DNA from: Gemmatimonadaceae bacterium
Lineage (GTDB): Bacteria; Gemmatimonadota; Gemmatimonadetes; Gemmatimonadales; Gemmatimonadaceae
Assembly (NCBI GenBank): GCA_035248505.1
Contig: DATFHK010000012.1
Location: 27,821-91,820 of the forward strand
DNA: 64,000 nucleotides
Reading direction: 5' to 3'
Part shown: piece by piece, positions 1 through 9,471 of the stretch
Position numbering within the stretch: position 1 is the first letter of the stretch
Layout of the letters: each line of letters starts with the position of its first letter
The notes under the pieces: generated by a model
Told to the model about the DNA's origin: nothing
Databases searched by the model: none
The model's input: the letters and a program-made list of their open reading frames with translations, nothing else
Program-made: the position numbers and the translations under genes

Positions 1-6
1 GCGCGG

Positions 7-70
7 GCGGGAGGCGGGCGGCGAGAGGCGGGAGGCGGGACTGCTCAAATTGATGAGCGGTGAGCGGTGA
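7..70. repeat. Heptamer tandem repeats (GCGRGMG x5 at 7-41; TGAGCGG x2 at 54-67)
   Basis: Read directly: gcgggag gcgggcg gcgagag gcgggag gcgggac, then tgagcgg tgagcgg tga. Truncated by the window edge. Confidence 0.7.
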
Positions 71-98
71 TGGCTCTGTGTAGCCGTGAGCGCGAGCG

Positions 99-1166
99 TT
101 AGCGCGCGGTGAAGTCGGTTTTGGTGGTCACCTGCCTGCACGTTTCTGCAATCAGCTCGGCGGCGTGGTCGAGGTCCTGGATGCTCACCAATTCGTTGGG
201 CGAATGCATGTAGCGATTGGGAACCGAAACGAGAGCGGTGGCGACACCTTCGCGCGCGATGTGGATCGCGTCGGCATCAGTGCTGGTCTCGCGACCGGCG
301 GCGTGTAGCGCAAAGGGAATCTTCCTCTTCTCGGCGGTGTCGCGCAGCAGACGAAATACGACAGGCGAAATGATCGAGCCGCGCGTAAGTACCGGCCCCT
401 GGTCGATCGCGGCTTCGCCGTATTCCTTTTTCTCGACACCCGGATGATCGATGGCGAAGGTCACATCGACGACGATCGCCATCTGTGGGCCAATGCACGT
501 CGCGCAAACTCCAGCGCCGCCGCCCCGATAGCCGATTTCTTCCTGCGTCGTCGCAACCGCGACTACTTTCGCCGCGGCCGGTTTCTCGGAGTACCGCCGC
601 AGTGCTTCCAGCACGACGAAGGCGCCAATGCGATCGTCGATCGACCGCGAAACGATGCGGCCGTTCGGAAATTCCATCGTGCGCGAATCGATGACGCCGG
701 AATCGCCGACCTGCAGCAACGCATCCGCCTCCTTCTTGTCCTTGAAGCCGAGGTCGACCCAGAGGTCCTGGAATTTCGCTGCCTTCTCGCGCTCCTCGGG
801 CTTGATCAGGTGAATGGGTTTCTTGCCGACCACTCCAAACACATCCCCGTTGCGTCCGCTGAAGCGCAAACGCTGACCGATCAGAACCTGTGGATCCCAA
901 CCGCCGATTGGCTGAATGTAGGCGTAGCCCTTGTCGTCGATATGGTTGATGATGACACCAATCTCGTCGATGTGTCCCGCCAGCATGATGGTGGGCTTGC
1001 CGTCGCTATTCACTTCCGCGAGGCTGTTACCGGCGACATCGCCGCTCACCTTCGCAAACTTCTTTGCCTGATCGCGCCAGACTTTTGCGGGCGCCGCTTC
1101 GAATCCTGAGGGGCCGGGTGTATCGAGAAGTTTCTTGAGGAAGGTGAGTGATTCGGCGGAGATCAT
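99..1166 (-). CDS. M42 family metallo-aminopeptidase (TET/FrvX-like)
   Basis: Motifs PGPSGFE, AGHIDEIG, IGGWD, DDRIG, QEEIG, TDAD, RYMHSPNE. Confidence 0.92.
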   Translation of the reverse strand: MISAESLTFLKKLLDTPGPSGFEAAPAKVWRDQAKKFAKVSGDVAGNSLAEVNSDGKPTIMLAGHIDEIGVIINHIDDKGYAYIQPIGGWDPQVLIGQRLRFSGRNGDVFGVVGKKPIHLIKPEEREKAAKFQDLWVDLGFKDKKEADALLQVGDSGVIDSRTMEFPNGRIVSRSIDDRIGAFVVLEALRRYSEKPAAAKVVAVATTQEEIGYRGGGAGVCATCIGPQMAIVVDVTFAIDHPGVEKKEYGEAAIDQGPVLTRGSIISPVVFRLLRDTAEKRKIPFALHAAGRETSTDADAIHIAREGVATALVSVPNRYMHSPNELVSIQDLDHAAELIAETCRQVTTKTDFTAR

Positions 1167-1369
1167 GCGAAGCTATTTCAGGTTGGGCCACCCCGCCCCG
1201 GAATGAGGCGCGGCGAGAATGACAATGTATAGCAACCGGCGCCAAAAGGCCGGGTAAGTGTACCCTGTCACGTGGAAATAAAGCATCGCCGCGAATCCAA
1301 GCCGCATCCGGCTGGAGTTTTGCAACCTGGGGAGCGCCGGTCCCCTTACTTGTACAGTACCAGACGAAC

Positions 1370-3187
1370 ATGAGAAAAGCCTTTCTGCTGCCGGTTGCAT
1401 CATTCCTCGCGACAGGCATTCACCCATTGCGCGCCACGGCGCAGGTCGTCGCGACTTCCGCGGCGATCACCGATGTCAGCTACGAAGTCACGTTCACTCG
1501 CGCCAATGGTGAGAGACGTGAGGTTGGTTCGGCGATGACGTTTACAGTCGGCGGCACCGAACCGGTCATTCTATCGTTGCCGAGATGGACGCCGGGTGCG
1601 TACGAGATCTCCAACTTCTCGCGCGACGTTTCGAATTTCGCGGCGGAGCAGAACGGCGCGTCGCTGACCTGGGACAAAGTCGACCCCGATACATGGCGCG
1701 TGCGTCCGCGCGGAGTCGGCGAAGTCACCGTTCACTTCGAGTATCTGGCCGATAGTCTCGACAATGCAAACACCTGGGCCCGCCCTGATTTCCTCCTCTT
1801 CAACGGCACCAATCTCTTTCTCTATCCAGAGGGCAGAGGATTCGATTTTCCCGCTTCGGTGACGGTCAACACCGAAGCCGCGTGGAAAGTCGTGACGGGA
1901 ATGACGAGCGCGGGCCCCCGCCGGTACACCGCCAACAACTATCACGATCTCGTCGACTTTCCCTTTTTCGTCGGACAATTCGACGTCGACAGCGCGCAGA
2001 TCTCGGGCACGTGGGTTCGTTTTGCCTCGTACCCGTCAGGAAGCGTCACGGGCGGGCCACGCGTCGCGGTGTGGGAAGCGCTGAAGCTGATAATTCCGGC
2101 TGAAGTGCGGGTGTTCAACGTAGTGCCATGGACGACGTACAGTGTGCTGCAAATCGCAGATCCCAGCTACAGTGGAGGCTCCGGACTCGAGCACCAGAAC
2201 TCTCACGTCGACGTACTCGGTCCGGGCATGCTCGGGACTCCAGTGCTGCCTTCGCTTTACGCGCACGAGATCTTTCACGCCTGGAACGTGAAGCGGCTGC
2301 GGCCGGCGGACCTGTGGCCGTATCGATACGACGAGGAGCAGCCGACCACACTGCTGTGGATCAGCGAAGGAATCACCGATTACTACGCCGATCTCGCCGA
2401 GGTCCGCGGCGGAATCATAAACCCGAAGGGCTTTTACGAAGCGACGAGCGACAAGATCTCGCAGGTCGAGCAATTGCCGCCGACATCGCTCGAGGACGCG
2501 TCGCTGTCGACGTGGGTCCATCCACGCGACGGCAGCGAATACATCTATTATCCGAAAGGATCGCTGGCGGGATTACTGATCGACATCATGATTCGCGATG
2601 CGAGCGACAATCACAGCTCGCTCGACGACGTGATGCGCGAGCTGTACAACGCGGACTACAAGAACGGTCGCGGATTCACCAATGACGAATGGTGGGCGGC
2701 AGTCAGCCGCGCGGCGAACGGCAAATCGTTTTCCGATTTTGCCTCGCGCTATGTCGACGGTCGCGAGCCGTTTCCGTATGATCGGGTTCTGCCGCTCGCT
2801 GGTTTGCGATTGGCGCGTGACACTGCGCGTGTTCCACAGCTGGGTATCGCGAGTTTGCAGGACACGTCCGGCGCCCTGCACGTGACTGAGGTTCTTCCGG
2901 AGAGCGCCGCAGCGGCGGCCGGTGTGCAGCCAGGCGATCAGCTCGTTTCTGTCGCAGGGTTCAATGCGCAGGATCCCAACTGGACCGAGCAGTTTCGTTC
3001 ACGCTATGCACGGCAACCCGAAGGAACGGTTCTGCCGGTCGTCGTCAAGCGCGACGGTGCGCAGCAAACGCTTACTGCGCATTTGCATTTCGTATTGCGG
3101 ATCGAGTCGAATGTGGTCGAGGATAGCCGAGCGTCGGCGAAGGCAAAACGAATTCGGAGCGGACTGCTTACGGGAACCACTAACTGA
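1370..3187 (+). CDS. Secreted M61 glycyl aminopeptidase with C-terminal PDZ domain
   Basis: Signal peptide; PRWTPGAY, GLEH, HEIFHAWNVKR, SEGITDYY, YYPKG; PDZ-like AAAAGVQPGDQLVSV. Confidence 0.92.
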   Translation: MRKAFLLPVASFLATGIHPLRATAQVVATSAAITDVSYEVTFTRANGERREVGSAMTFTVGGTEPVILSLPRWTPGAYEISNFSRDVSNFAAEQNGASLTWDKVDPDTWRVRPRGVGEVTVHFEYLADSLDNANTWARPDFLLFNGTNLFLYPEGRGFDFPASVTVNTEAAWKVVTGMTSAGPRRYTANNYHDLVDFPFFVGQFDVDSAQISGTWVRFASYPSGSVTGGPRVAVWEALKLIIPAEVRVFNVVPWTTYSVLQIADPSYSGGSGLEHQNSHVDVLGPGMLGTPVLPSLYAHEIFHAWNVKRLRPADLWPYRYDEEQPTTLLWISEGITDYYADLAEVRGGIINPKGFYEATSDKISQVEQLPPTSLEDASLSTWVHPRDGSEYIYYPKGSLAGLLIDIMIRDASDNHSSLDDVMRELYNADYKNGRGFTNDEWWAAVSRAANGKSFSDFASRYVDGREPFPYDRVLPLAGLRLARDTARVPQLGIASLQDTSGALHVTEVLPESAAAAAGVQPGDQLVSVAGFNAQDPNWTEQFRSRYARQPEGTVLPVVVKRDGAQQTLTAHLHFVLRIESNVVEDSRASAKAKRIRSGLLTGTTN

Positions 3188-3213
3188 AGAACCAGCGCTC
3201 GTTCTTCAGTTAG
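3180..3213. terminator. 13-bp perfect hairpin between convergent genes (probable bidirectional terminator)
   Basis: CTAACTGAAGAAC-cagcgctc-GTTCTTCAGTTAG, overlapping the M61 stop codon. Confidence 0.65.
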
Positions 3214-3220
3214 CAGTCAG

Positions 3221-4381
3221 CTATTTGAGGATTGTCTTCGCGATCGTCTGCAGCTGCATGTTCGACGTACCCTCGTAGATCGTCCCGATCTTCGCGTCGC
3301 GATAAAACTTTTCGACCGGATAGTCCTTGGTATATCCATACCCGCCGAAAAGCTCGACGCATAACGAGGTCACGCGCTCGCAGACCTGCGATGAGAACAG
3401 CTTTGCCATCGCGCCCTCACGCGCGATGTCCTTGCCGGCATCCTTTAGTCGAGCGGCGTTGTAGACCATCAGTCGCGCTGCCTCCAACTCTGTCGCAGCC
3501 TGCGCCAGCTGGAACTGTACCGCCTGAAAATCGGCGAGCGGTTTCCCGAACTGCTTGCGCTCGTTCACGTACGCGATCGCCGCGTTGATGGCGCCCTGCG
3601 CGACCCCGATCATCTGCGCGCCGATGCCGATGCGCCCGCCGTTCAGTGTGTTGATGGCGATCTTGTAACCCTGACCAACCGGGCCGAGCACGTTGGCGTC
3701 GGGGACTTCACAATTGTCGAGCAGCAGCTCGGTGGTGCTCGACGCGCGAATGCCGAGCTTGTCTTCCTTCTTGCCAACCTTGAATCCGGGGAATTCACGC
3801 TCGATGATGAACGCCGTGATGCCCCGATAACCTTCCGCCGGATCCGCGTTGGCAAACACCACGAAAATGCCCGCCTCGGCGCCGTTGGTGATCCACAACT
3901 TCTGACCGTTGAGGATCCACTTGTCGCCGCGCTTCTCCGCGCGCGTCGCCAATCCAAACGCGTCCGAGCCTGAGCCCGACTCGGAGAGGGCGTAGGCGCC
4001 GACAATTTCCGACGTCAACTGTGGCAGATACTTCGATTTCTGCGCGTCATTTCCGTATTTGAGAATCGGGAAATTGACGAGCGTGTTCTGTACATCACAG
4101 ACGATAGCAGCGGCCGCGTCGATCTTGCTGATCTCCTCGACCGCGAGCGTAACCATGAACAGGTTGCCGTCGGCGCCCCCGTACTGCTCGGGAACCTCGA
4201 TTCCCATCAAGCCCAGCTCGAAATAATGCGGTAGCAGCGCGGGGTCGATCTTGCCGGCCTTCTCCATCTCCGTAACGCGTGGCCGCACTTCTTCCTGCGC
4301 GAACGCGGCCACCGCGTCGCGGAACATGATCTCCTCTTCGGAGAGAATGGTCAGTGCATTCGCACCGGTGTCAGTCTGCAT
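3221..4381 (-). CDS. Acyl-CoA dehydrogenase (short/branched-chain type)
   Basis: YALSESGSGSDA, LNGQKLWITNG, KLGIRASST, RKQFGK, GGYGY, IYEGTSNMQ. Confidence 0.95.
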   Translation of the reverse strand: MQTDTGANALTILSEEEIMFRDAVAAFAQEEVRPRVTEMEKAGKIDPALLPHYFELGLMGIEVPEQYGGADGNLFMVTLAVEEISKIDAAAAIVCDVQNTLVNFPILKYGNDAQKSKYLPQLTSEIVGAYALSESGSGSDAFGLATRAEKRGDKWILNGQKLWITNGAEAGIFVVFANADPAEGYRGITAFIIEREFPGFKVGKKEDKLGIRASSTTELLLDNCEVPDANVLGPVGQGYKIAINTLNGGRIGIGAQMIGVAQGAINAAIAYVNERKQFGKPLADFQAVQFQLAQAATELEAARLMVYNAARLKDAGKDIAREGAMAKLFSSQVCERVTSLCVELFGGYGYTKDYPVEKFYRDAKIGTIYEGTSNMQLQTIAKTILK

Positions 4382-4384
4382 CTC

Positions 4385-6436
4385 TTACCAGATTTTCGGC
4401 TGCAACGCGGCGGGACGTACCATCGGATCGCCATCCTTGCATCCCCAAGCCGCTTTGAACTCCGGCATGTTGCTGAGCGGGCCGTTCACGCGCCACTTGG
4501 CGGGTGGATGCTCGTTCGAGCTGACGAGGTATCTCAGAAACTCGGGCCGATCGAGCTCGCGCCACACTTGAGCCCAACCGAGGAAGAAGCGCTGTTCCGG
4601 CGTAAAGCCATCGATCACCGGCTGCGGATGCTGCGCCAGCGCGCGCTTCATCGCCGCGTAGGCGACAGTCAGACCGCCGAAGTCGCCGATGTTTTCGCCG
4701 AGCGTGAGTTGGCCTTGCACGTGCGTTGCGGTGTCGAGCACGGTGTAGGCGTTGAACTGCGTCACGATCTTGTTGGCCTCGGCTTCATACTTCGCCGCGT
4801 CTTCTTTCGTCCACCAGTCGCGCATGTTGCCGAACTTGTCGTACTGGCGCCCTTGATCATCGAACGCGTGCGACATCTCATGGCCGATCACCGCGCCCAT
4901 TGCGCCATAGTTCAGCGCGTCGTCGGCGTTGGGATCGTAGAATGGCGGTTGCAGGATGCCCGCCGGGAATACGATTTCGTTCAGCAGCGGATTCTCGTAC
5001 GCATTCACCGTCGGCGGGGTCATTCCCCACTCGGTGCGATCGGTCGGCTTCCCGATTTTTGCCCAGTCGCGCTGTGACAGGAATTGGTTCGCGGCGACGA
5101 CGTTGGTGAAGTAACCCCCGGGCTTGATCTGCAGCTTCGAGTAGTCTCGCCATTTATCGGGGTAGCCAATCTTCCGATTGAACGCATCCAGTTTGACCAG
5201 CGCTTGCTGCTTGGTCTCCGGCCCCATCCACTGCAGCTGCTCGATTCGAGAACGGAGCTCCCGCACGAGGTTGTCGACGATGGCTACCGCCCGTGCCTTG
5301 GCGGCGGGAGAGAACTTCCGGGCGACGAACTCCTGGCCGAGGATTTCGCCGAGGTAATTGTCAGTGGCGTTGGTGCAGCGCTTCCAGCGCGGACTGATCT
5401 CGGTGGCGCCGGTGAAGAGCTTGTTGTATTCGAAGTTCTGCTGCACGAACTGGCTGCTGAGATACGGTGCCGAGCCGTGGACCAAACGCCAGCGCAGCAG
5501 AGTTTTCCAATCACTGACCGGGATGCTCGTCAGCATCTTGTCGAACGCCTGGAAGAACTCCGGCTGGCCGACGTTGATCTTTTGCGGCGGTGCGACGTGC
5601 AGCGCGCGGTAGAAATCTTCCCACTTGAAATCCGGCGTCAGTGAGTCGACTTGCCGGAGGGTCATGCCGTGATAGTTGTTGACGACATCCCGCAGCTGGA
5701 TCGGGGTCCGCGACGCCCTGGCGAACCGAGTCTCGATCGCCAACACCGTATTCGCATCAGCCTTCGCTTTGGCGGGGTCCTCGCCAATCAGTCGAAACGT
5801 GCCGGCAACGTTGTCGACGAACTTCGCGCGCAGGCTTGCCGAGGCCGTGTCAGTCTTGGTGTAGTACTCGTTATTGGGCAGCGACAAACCGCCTTGATAC
5901 AGACCGGCGATGGTGTTTGCCGCGTCCTTGGCATCCTGTGCGGAGCCTTCGGAGATGGGCGCGAGTCCGTAACTGTACTCGAGCTCGCCCAGCGCACGTT
6001 TCAAGTCCGCGACTGAGTTGATCGCGGCTATTCGAGCGAAGATTGGCTGGAGTGGAGTCGCGCCGAGTCGCTCGACGGCAGCGGTGTCCATACAGCTGGA
6101 ATAGAACGCCGCCATCTTGTAATTGTCGGTACCAGGCTGATACTGGCCTGCCTTCAGTTTGACGACGCTGGTGTCGAGAATCTCACGCAGCAGCGCCTGA
6201 TTCTGATCGAACAGCTGATCAAAGGCGCCGTAGCTGGAATAGTCGCCGGGGATTTTGGCGCGCTGGAGCCAGCCGCCGTTCGCGTACGAATAAAAGTCTT
6301 CGCAGGGCGCGCAGGTCGTATCCATGTTTGCGCGATCGAACGGCTTGGTCTGCACCGGAGCCTGCGCGCCAACAACGCTCGCCAACGCTAGCAAAAGAAA
6401 AAGTGGGTGGGCCAGGGTTCGACGAGAGCAAATCAC
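4385..6436 (-). CDS. Secreted M13 family metalloendopeptidase (PepO/neprilysin-like)
   Basis: Signal peptide; DFYSYANGGW, KIGYPD, VNAY, HEMSHAFDDQG, GENIGD; AGGAGG RBS. Confidence 0.95.
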   Translation of the reverse strand: MICSRRTLAHPLFLLLALASVVGAQAPVQTKPFDRANMDTTCAPCEDFYSYANGGWLQRAKIPGDYSSYGAFDQLFDQNQALLREILDTSVVKLKAGQYQPGTDNYKMAAFYSSCMDTAAVERLGATPLQPIFARIAAINSVADLKRALGELEYSYGLAPISEGSAQDAKDAANTIAGLYQGGLSLPNNEYYTKTDTASASLRAKFVDNVAGTFRLIGEDPAKAKADANTVLAIETRFARASRTPIQLRDVVNNYHGMTLRQVDSLTPDFKWEDFYRALHVAPPQKINVGQPEFFQAFDKMLTSIPVSDWKTLLRWRLVHGSAPYLSSQFVQQNFEYNKLFTGATEISPRWKRCTNATDNYLGEILGQEFVARKFSPAAKARAVAIVDNLVRELRSRIEQLQWMGPETKQQALVKLDAFNRKIGYPDKWRDYSKLQIKPGGYFTNVVAANQFLSQRDWAKIGKPTDRTEWGMTPPTVNAYENPLLNEIVFPAGILQPPFYDPNADDALNYGAMGAVIGHEMSHAFDDQGRQYDKFGNMRDWWTKEDAAKYEAEANKIVTQFNAYTVLDTATHVQGQLTLGENIGDFGGLTVAYAAMKRALAQHPQPVIDGFTPEQRFFLGWAQVWRELDRPEFLRYLVSSNEHPPAKWRVNGPLSNMPEFKAAWGCKDGDPMVRPAALQPKIW

Positions 6437-6491
6437 CAGCTTCCTCCTATGTAATGAGGTGTGTCCGTACTACGGATTGTCCATCCATACT

Positions 6492-6983
6492 CTATGAAAC
6501 CTCCGGCCGCGACATCACGGCCGGTCGTGCGGTCTTGGCGCGGCATGCACCGCCGCAGAGTGTCTCCGAGCACTCGGGATCCCAGCACCGATCGGCCTCC
6601 GAACCGGCGAACGCCTTCACCGGTTCGATGCCCGCCCGCTCCAGAATCAGCTCGCCGAGTTTCTCGTGCACGCCGAACGCCGGTGTGACGCTGAATGTCA
6701 CGTGGGGAAATGGTTTCGCGGCAGCGGCAACCATGCGCGGGATGTCGGTTGTGGAGTGCCGTCCGGGCGAGAGCATGTATGGGAAAACGATCACATCATT
6801 CGCGCCGCGCTGCACGCAATTCGCAAAACCCCTCGCGATGTCGGGATCAGCGAGGTCCATGTGCGCATAGCTGACGACGACATCCGGTCCCGCCATCGTC
6901 TGCAGCAGATTGGCCATGCACTGCATCATGTCGTTCGCCTCGGCGCGCACCGAGCCGTGATCGACGATGAGAATCCCTTTCAT
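6492..6983 (-). CDS. CbiX/SirB-type sirohydrochlorin chelatase with Cys-rich C-terminal tail
   Basis: DHGS, AHMDLADPDI, PYMLSPGRHSTTDIP; start moved to ATG 6983 (MKGILIV). Confidence 0.85.
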   Translation of the reverse strand: MKGILIVDHGSVRAEANDMMQCMANLLQTMAGPDVVVSYAHMDLADPDIARGFANCVQRGANDVIVFPYMLSPGRHSTTDIPRMVAAAAKPFPHVTFSVTPAFGVHEKLGELILERAGIEPVKAFAGSEADRCWDPECSETLCGGACRAKTARPAVMSRPEVS

Positions 6984-7015
6984 GTTTGCAAAATGGCGTT
7001 GAGCGCGCGCCGGGA

Positions 7016-7558
7016 CTAGTGCGGAGCTTCGTCGAGGCTGGTGCCGAGGTGCCAAGTGGGCCGGGCGAGGCCGCCGGCGTCCTCGTAGAATTGGATTTTA
7101 CCAGGCGCATACATCTTGGTGAGAAAGATGATCTGCCCGGTGTGCATCGAAAAATGTTCGACAACATGATAGACCGCTGACAACACCGTAGTTTCGCGAT
7201 CCTGGATAACGACCGAGCGTTCCAGATCCGACTCGGTCAGATCTCCCAGAACGGTACCCGCTTCATGTAACACGGTCTCCAGATTGTCGAGGAGTTCGCC
7301 GGCGTCGGCGCCCTCCGTTTGCGCGAACTCTCCCGCGCGATAGCGGGTAATCTTCCGACCGCCGATCCCGCCGAGTATCCACTCGGTGACGTTACCGGTG
7401 AGGTGGACGAGCAGATTTCCGATGCTGTTGGAGGTTTGATTCGGTCGCGACCATACGGCCTGTCGCGGCAGCGCCTCGACGCAGTGCCGCAGCTTGATCG
7501 GATACTCCTTAGTCAGCCAGTATCGTGAGCGGGCGAGAAATTCTTCCGCGATCGACAT
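7016..7558 (-). CDS. DinB/DUF1572-family protein
   Basis: NSIGNLLVHLTGN ... HVVEHFSMHTGQI (DinB His triad). Confidence 0.85.
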   Translation of the reverse strand: MSIAEEFLARSRYWLTKEYPIKLRHCVEALPRQAVWSRPNQTSNSIGNLLVHLTGNVTEWILGGIGGRKITRYRAGEFAQTEGADAGELLDNLETVLHEAGTVLGDLTESDLERSVVIQDRETTVLSAVYHVVEHFSMHTGQIIFLTKMYAPGKIQFYEDAGGLARPTWHLGTSLDEAPH

Positions 7559-9471
7559 TACGCCGGCTGCGCTGCCGCCGGTGCGCGCACGTTAGTCTTA
7601 CTCAGAGTATCGCGGAACACATCGAGGGCCAGCTCGACTTTTCCAAACGGTGCTGAGACCTGGACTCCCTGCACCAGCGGTCGCACGCGCTCGAGCATTT
7701 CACGCGCGATGGCGATTCCTTCGGCAACTCCGTGCTCCTTCGATTTCGCGCTGGCGACGCGCATGCGCTCGATGACTTTGGGCGGCACGATCACGCCCGG
7801 AACCTCGTTCGCCAGGAACTCGGCGTTTCGCAACGACACCAGCGGCCAAATGCCGGCGACGATCGGAATCCGGACATGGTTGATCGTCGACAGGAATTTT
7901 TCGAGCTGCTTGACGTCGAACACCGGTTGGGTGATCGCGTACTCGGCGCCGGCTTCGACTTTCCACTCGAAGCGTTTCAACTCGTGCGCGGGATCGATCG
8001 CCGCTGGATTGACGCCGACCCCAATCGTGAATTTCGTGGGCTGACCTATGGCGTTGCCGCCCGGATCGAGGCCGCGATTCAGGTTGTTGACCAGATTCGT
8101 CAGACCAATCGCATCGATGTCGAACACCGCCGTGGCATTTGGATATGGTCCCATCTTCGGCGGATCGCCCGTGATCAGCAGGAGATTGCGCAGTCCGACG
8201 GCGGACGCACCAAGAAGATCGCTGAGCATGCCGAGCAGGTTGCGATCGCGACAGCAGTAGTGGATGACGGTCTCGATGCCGACTTGCTGCTCGATCAGCA
8301 GACTGCAGAGCAGCGCGCCCATGCGCGATTGCGCGCGCGGCCCATCGGGGACGTTGACCGCATCGACGCCGGCGTCGCGCAACGCGGCGGTATCGCGCAG
8401 CATCTTCGACGCATCGACACCGCGTGGCGGAACGATTTCAACCGAAGTGACGAAATCTCCGCCCGCGATCTTTCGTCCCCATCTCGAGCGCTCGGCGAGT
8501 GTCACGGGCTCGACGCCTGGATTTTCTGGCGGCACGTCGGGGTGTGAATGCCGCCGCTCCTTCATCGGCACGCGCGGCTGGCGCGGCGACAGCGGTCGCA
8601 CTCCTTCCACCATCGCGGCGATGTGCTCGGGAGTCGTGCCGCAACATCCGCCGACGATCTTGGCGCCGGCTTGCACCAGATGATGCGCGTAAGTCGCCAT
8701 GTACTCGGCGCTCGCCATATACATGCTGCGGCCGCTGACATCGCGCGGCATTCCTGCATTCGGCTGGGCGCTGAGTTTGCGTCGGGTCACCGGCGCCATC
8801 TTCTCGATCGCATCGAGAATGATTTGCGGGCCGACGGAGCAATTGAGGCCAATGACGTCGGCGCCAAATGCATCGAGCGATTGCGCAAGATCCTCCGCCG
8901 TCACGCCGTATGGAGTGTGACAGTCGGAGCCAATCGTCATCTGCGCGATGACGGGCATGTTCGGGTCGACTTCGCGGGCCGCGAGAATGGCCTGCTCTAT
9001 TTCGTGCAGATCTGCGAACGTCTCCAGGATGAAGACATCGCAGCCACCATCTTTCAAGGCCTGCATCTGCTCGCGGAATGCAGCGCGCGCTTCATCGAGA
9101 CTGGTTGGACCGAAGGGCTCGATGCGCAGACCCAGCGGGCCGACGGCGCCGGCGACCAGCAGATCGTCTTCTGCAACTTCACGCGCGAGCTTTGCCGCGG
9201 CGCGATTGATTTCGGCGACCTGGGCGACGAGTCCGTATTGCTCGAGCTTGAACCGATTGGCGCCGAAGCTATTGGTCTCCAGAACTTCCGCGCCGGCCTT
9301 CCTGTAGGCGTCGTGTACGTCGCGCACGAGATCAGGAGCGCGCAGGTTGAGCTCGTCGTAGCACTGATTGATGAACACGCCCTTGTTGTAGAGCATCGTG
9401 CCCATCGCGCCGTCGAAGACGATCACCTGAAGGGGGTCGAGCAGGCGATGGATCAGCGGATTGTCAGGCAA
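7558..9471 (-). CDS. yitJ: Bifunctional homocysteine S-methyltransferase / 5,10-methylenetetrahydrofolate reductase (YitJ-like)
   Basis: DGAMGT, GLNC, GGCCGTTP followed by an MTHFR domain (EIVPP, ITGDPPK, ITQPVFD). TTG start at 9471 after AGGAGG overlaps the metH stop. Confidence 0.9.
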   Translation of the reverse strand: MPDNPLIHRLLDPLQVIVFDGAMGTMLYNKGVFINQCYDELNLRAPDLVRDVHDAYRKAGAEVLETNSFGANRFKLEQYGLVAQVAEINRAAAKLAREVAEDDLLVAGAVGPLGLRIEPFGPTSLDEARAAFREQMQALKDGGCDVFILETFADLHEIEQAILAAREVDPNMPVIAQMTIGSDCHTPYGVTAEDLAQSLDAFGADVIGLNCSVGPQIILDAIEKMAPVTRRKLSAQPNAGMPRDVSGRSMYMASAEYMATYAHHLVQAGAKIVGGCCGTTPEHIAAMVEGVRPLSPRQPRVPMKERRHSHPDVPPENPGVEPVTLAERSRWGRKIAGGDFVTSVEIVPPRGVDASKMLRDTAALRDAGVDAVNVPDGPRAQSRMGALLCSLLIEQQVGIETVIHYCCRDRNLLGMLSDLLGASAVGLRNLLLITGDPPKMGPYPNATAVFDIDAIGLTNLVNNLNRGLDPGGNAIGQPTKFTIGVGVNPAAIDPAHELKRFEWKVEAGAEYAITQPVFDVKQLEKFLSTINHVRIPIVAGIWPLVSLRNAEFLANEVPGVIVPPKVIERMRVASAKSKEHGVAEGIAIAREMLERVRPLVQGVQVSAPFGKVELALDVFRDTLSKTNVRAPAAAQPA

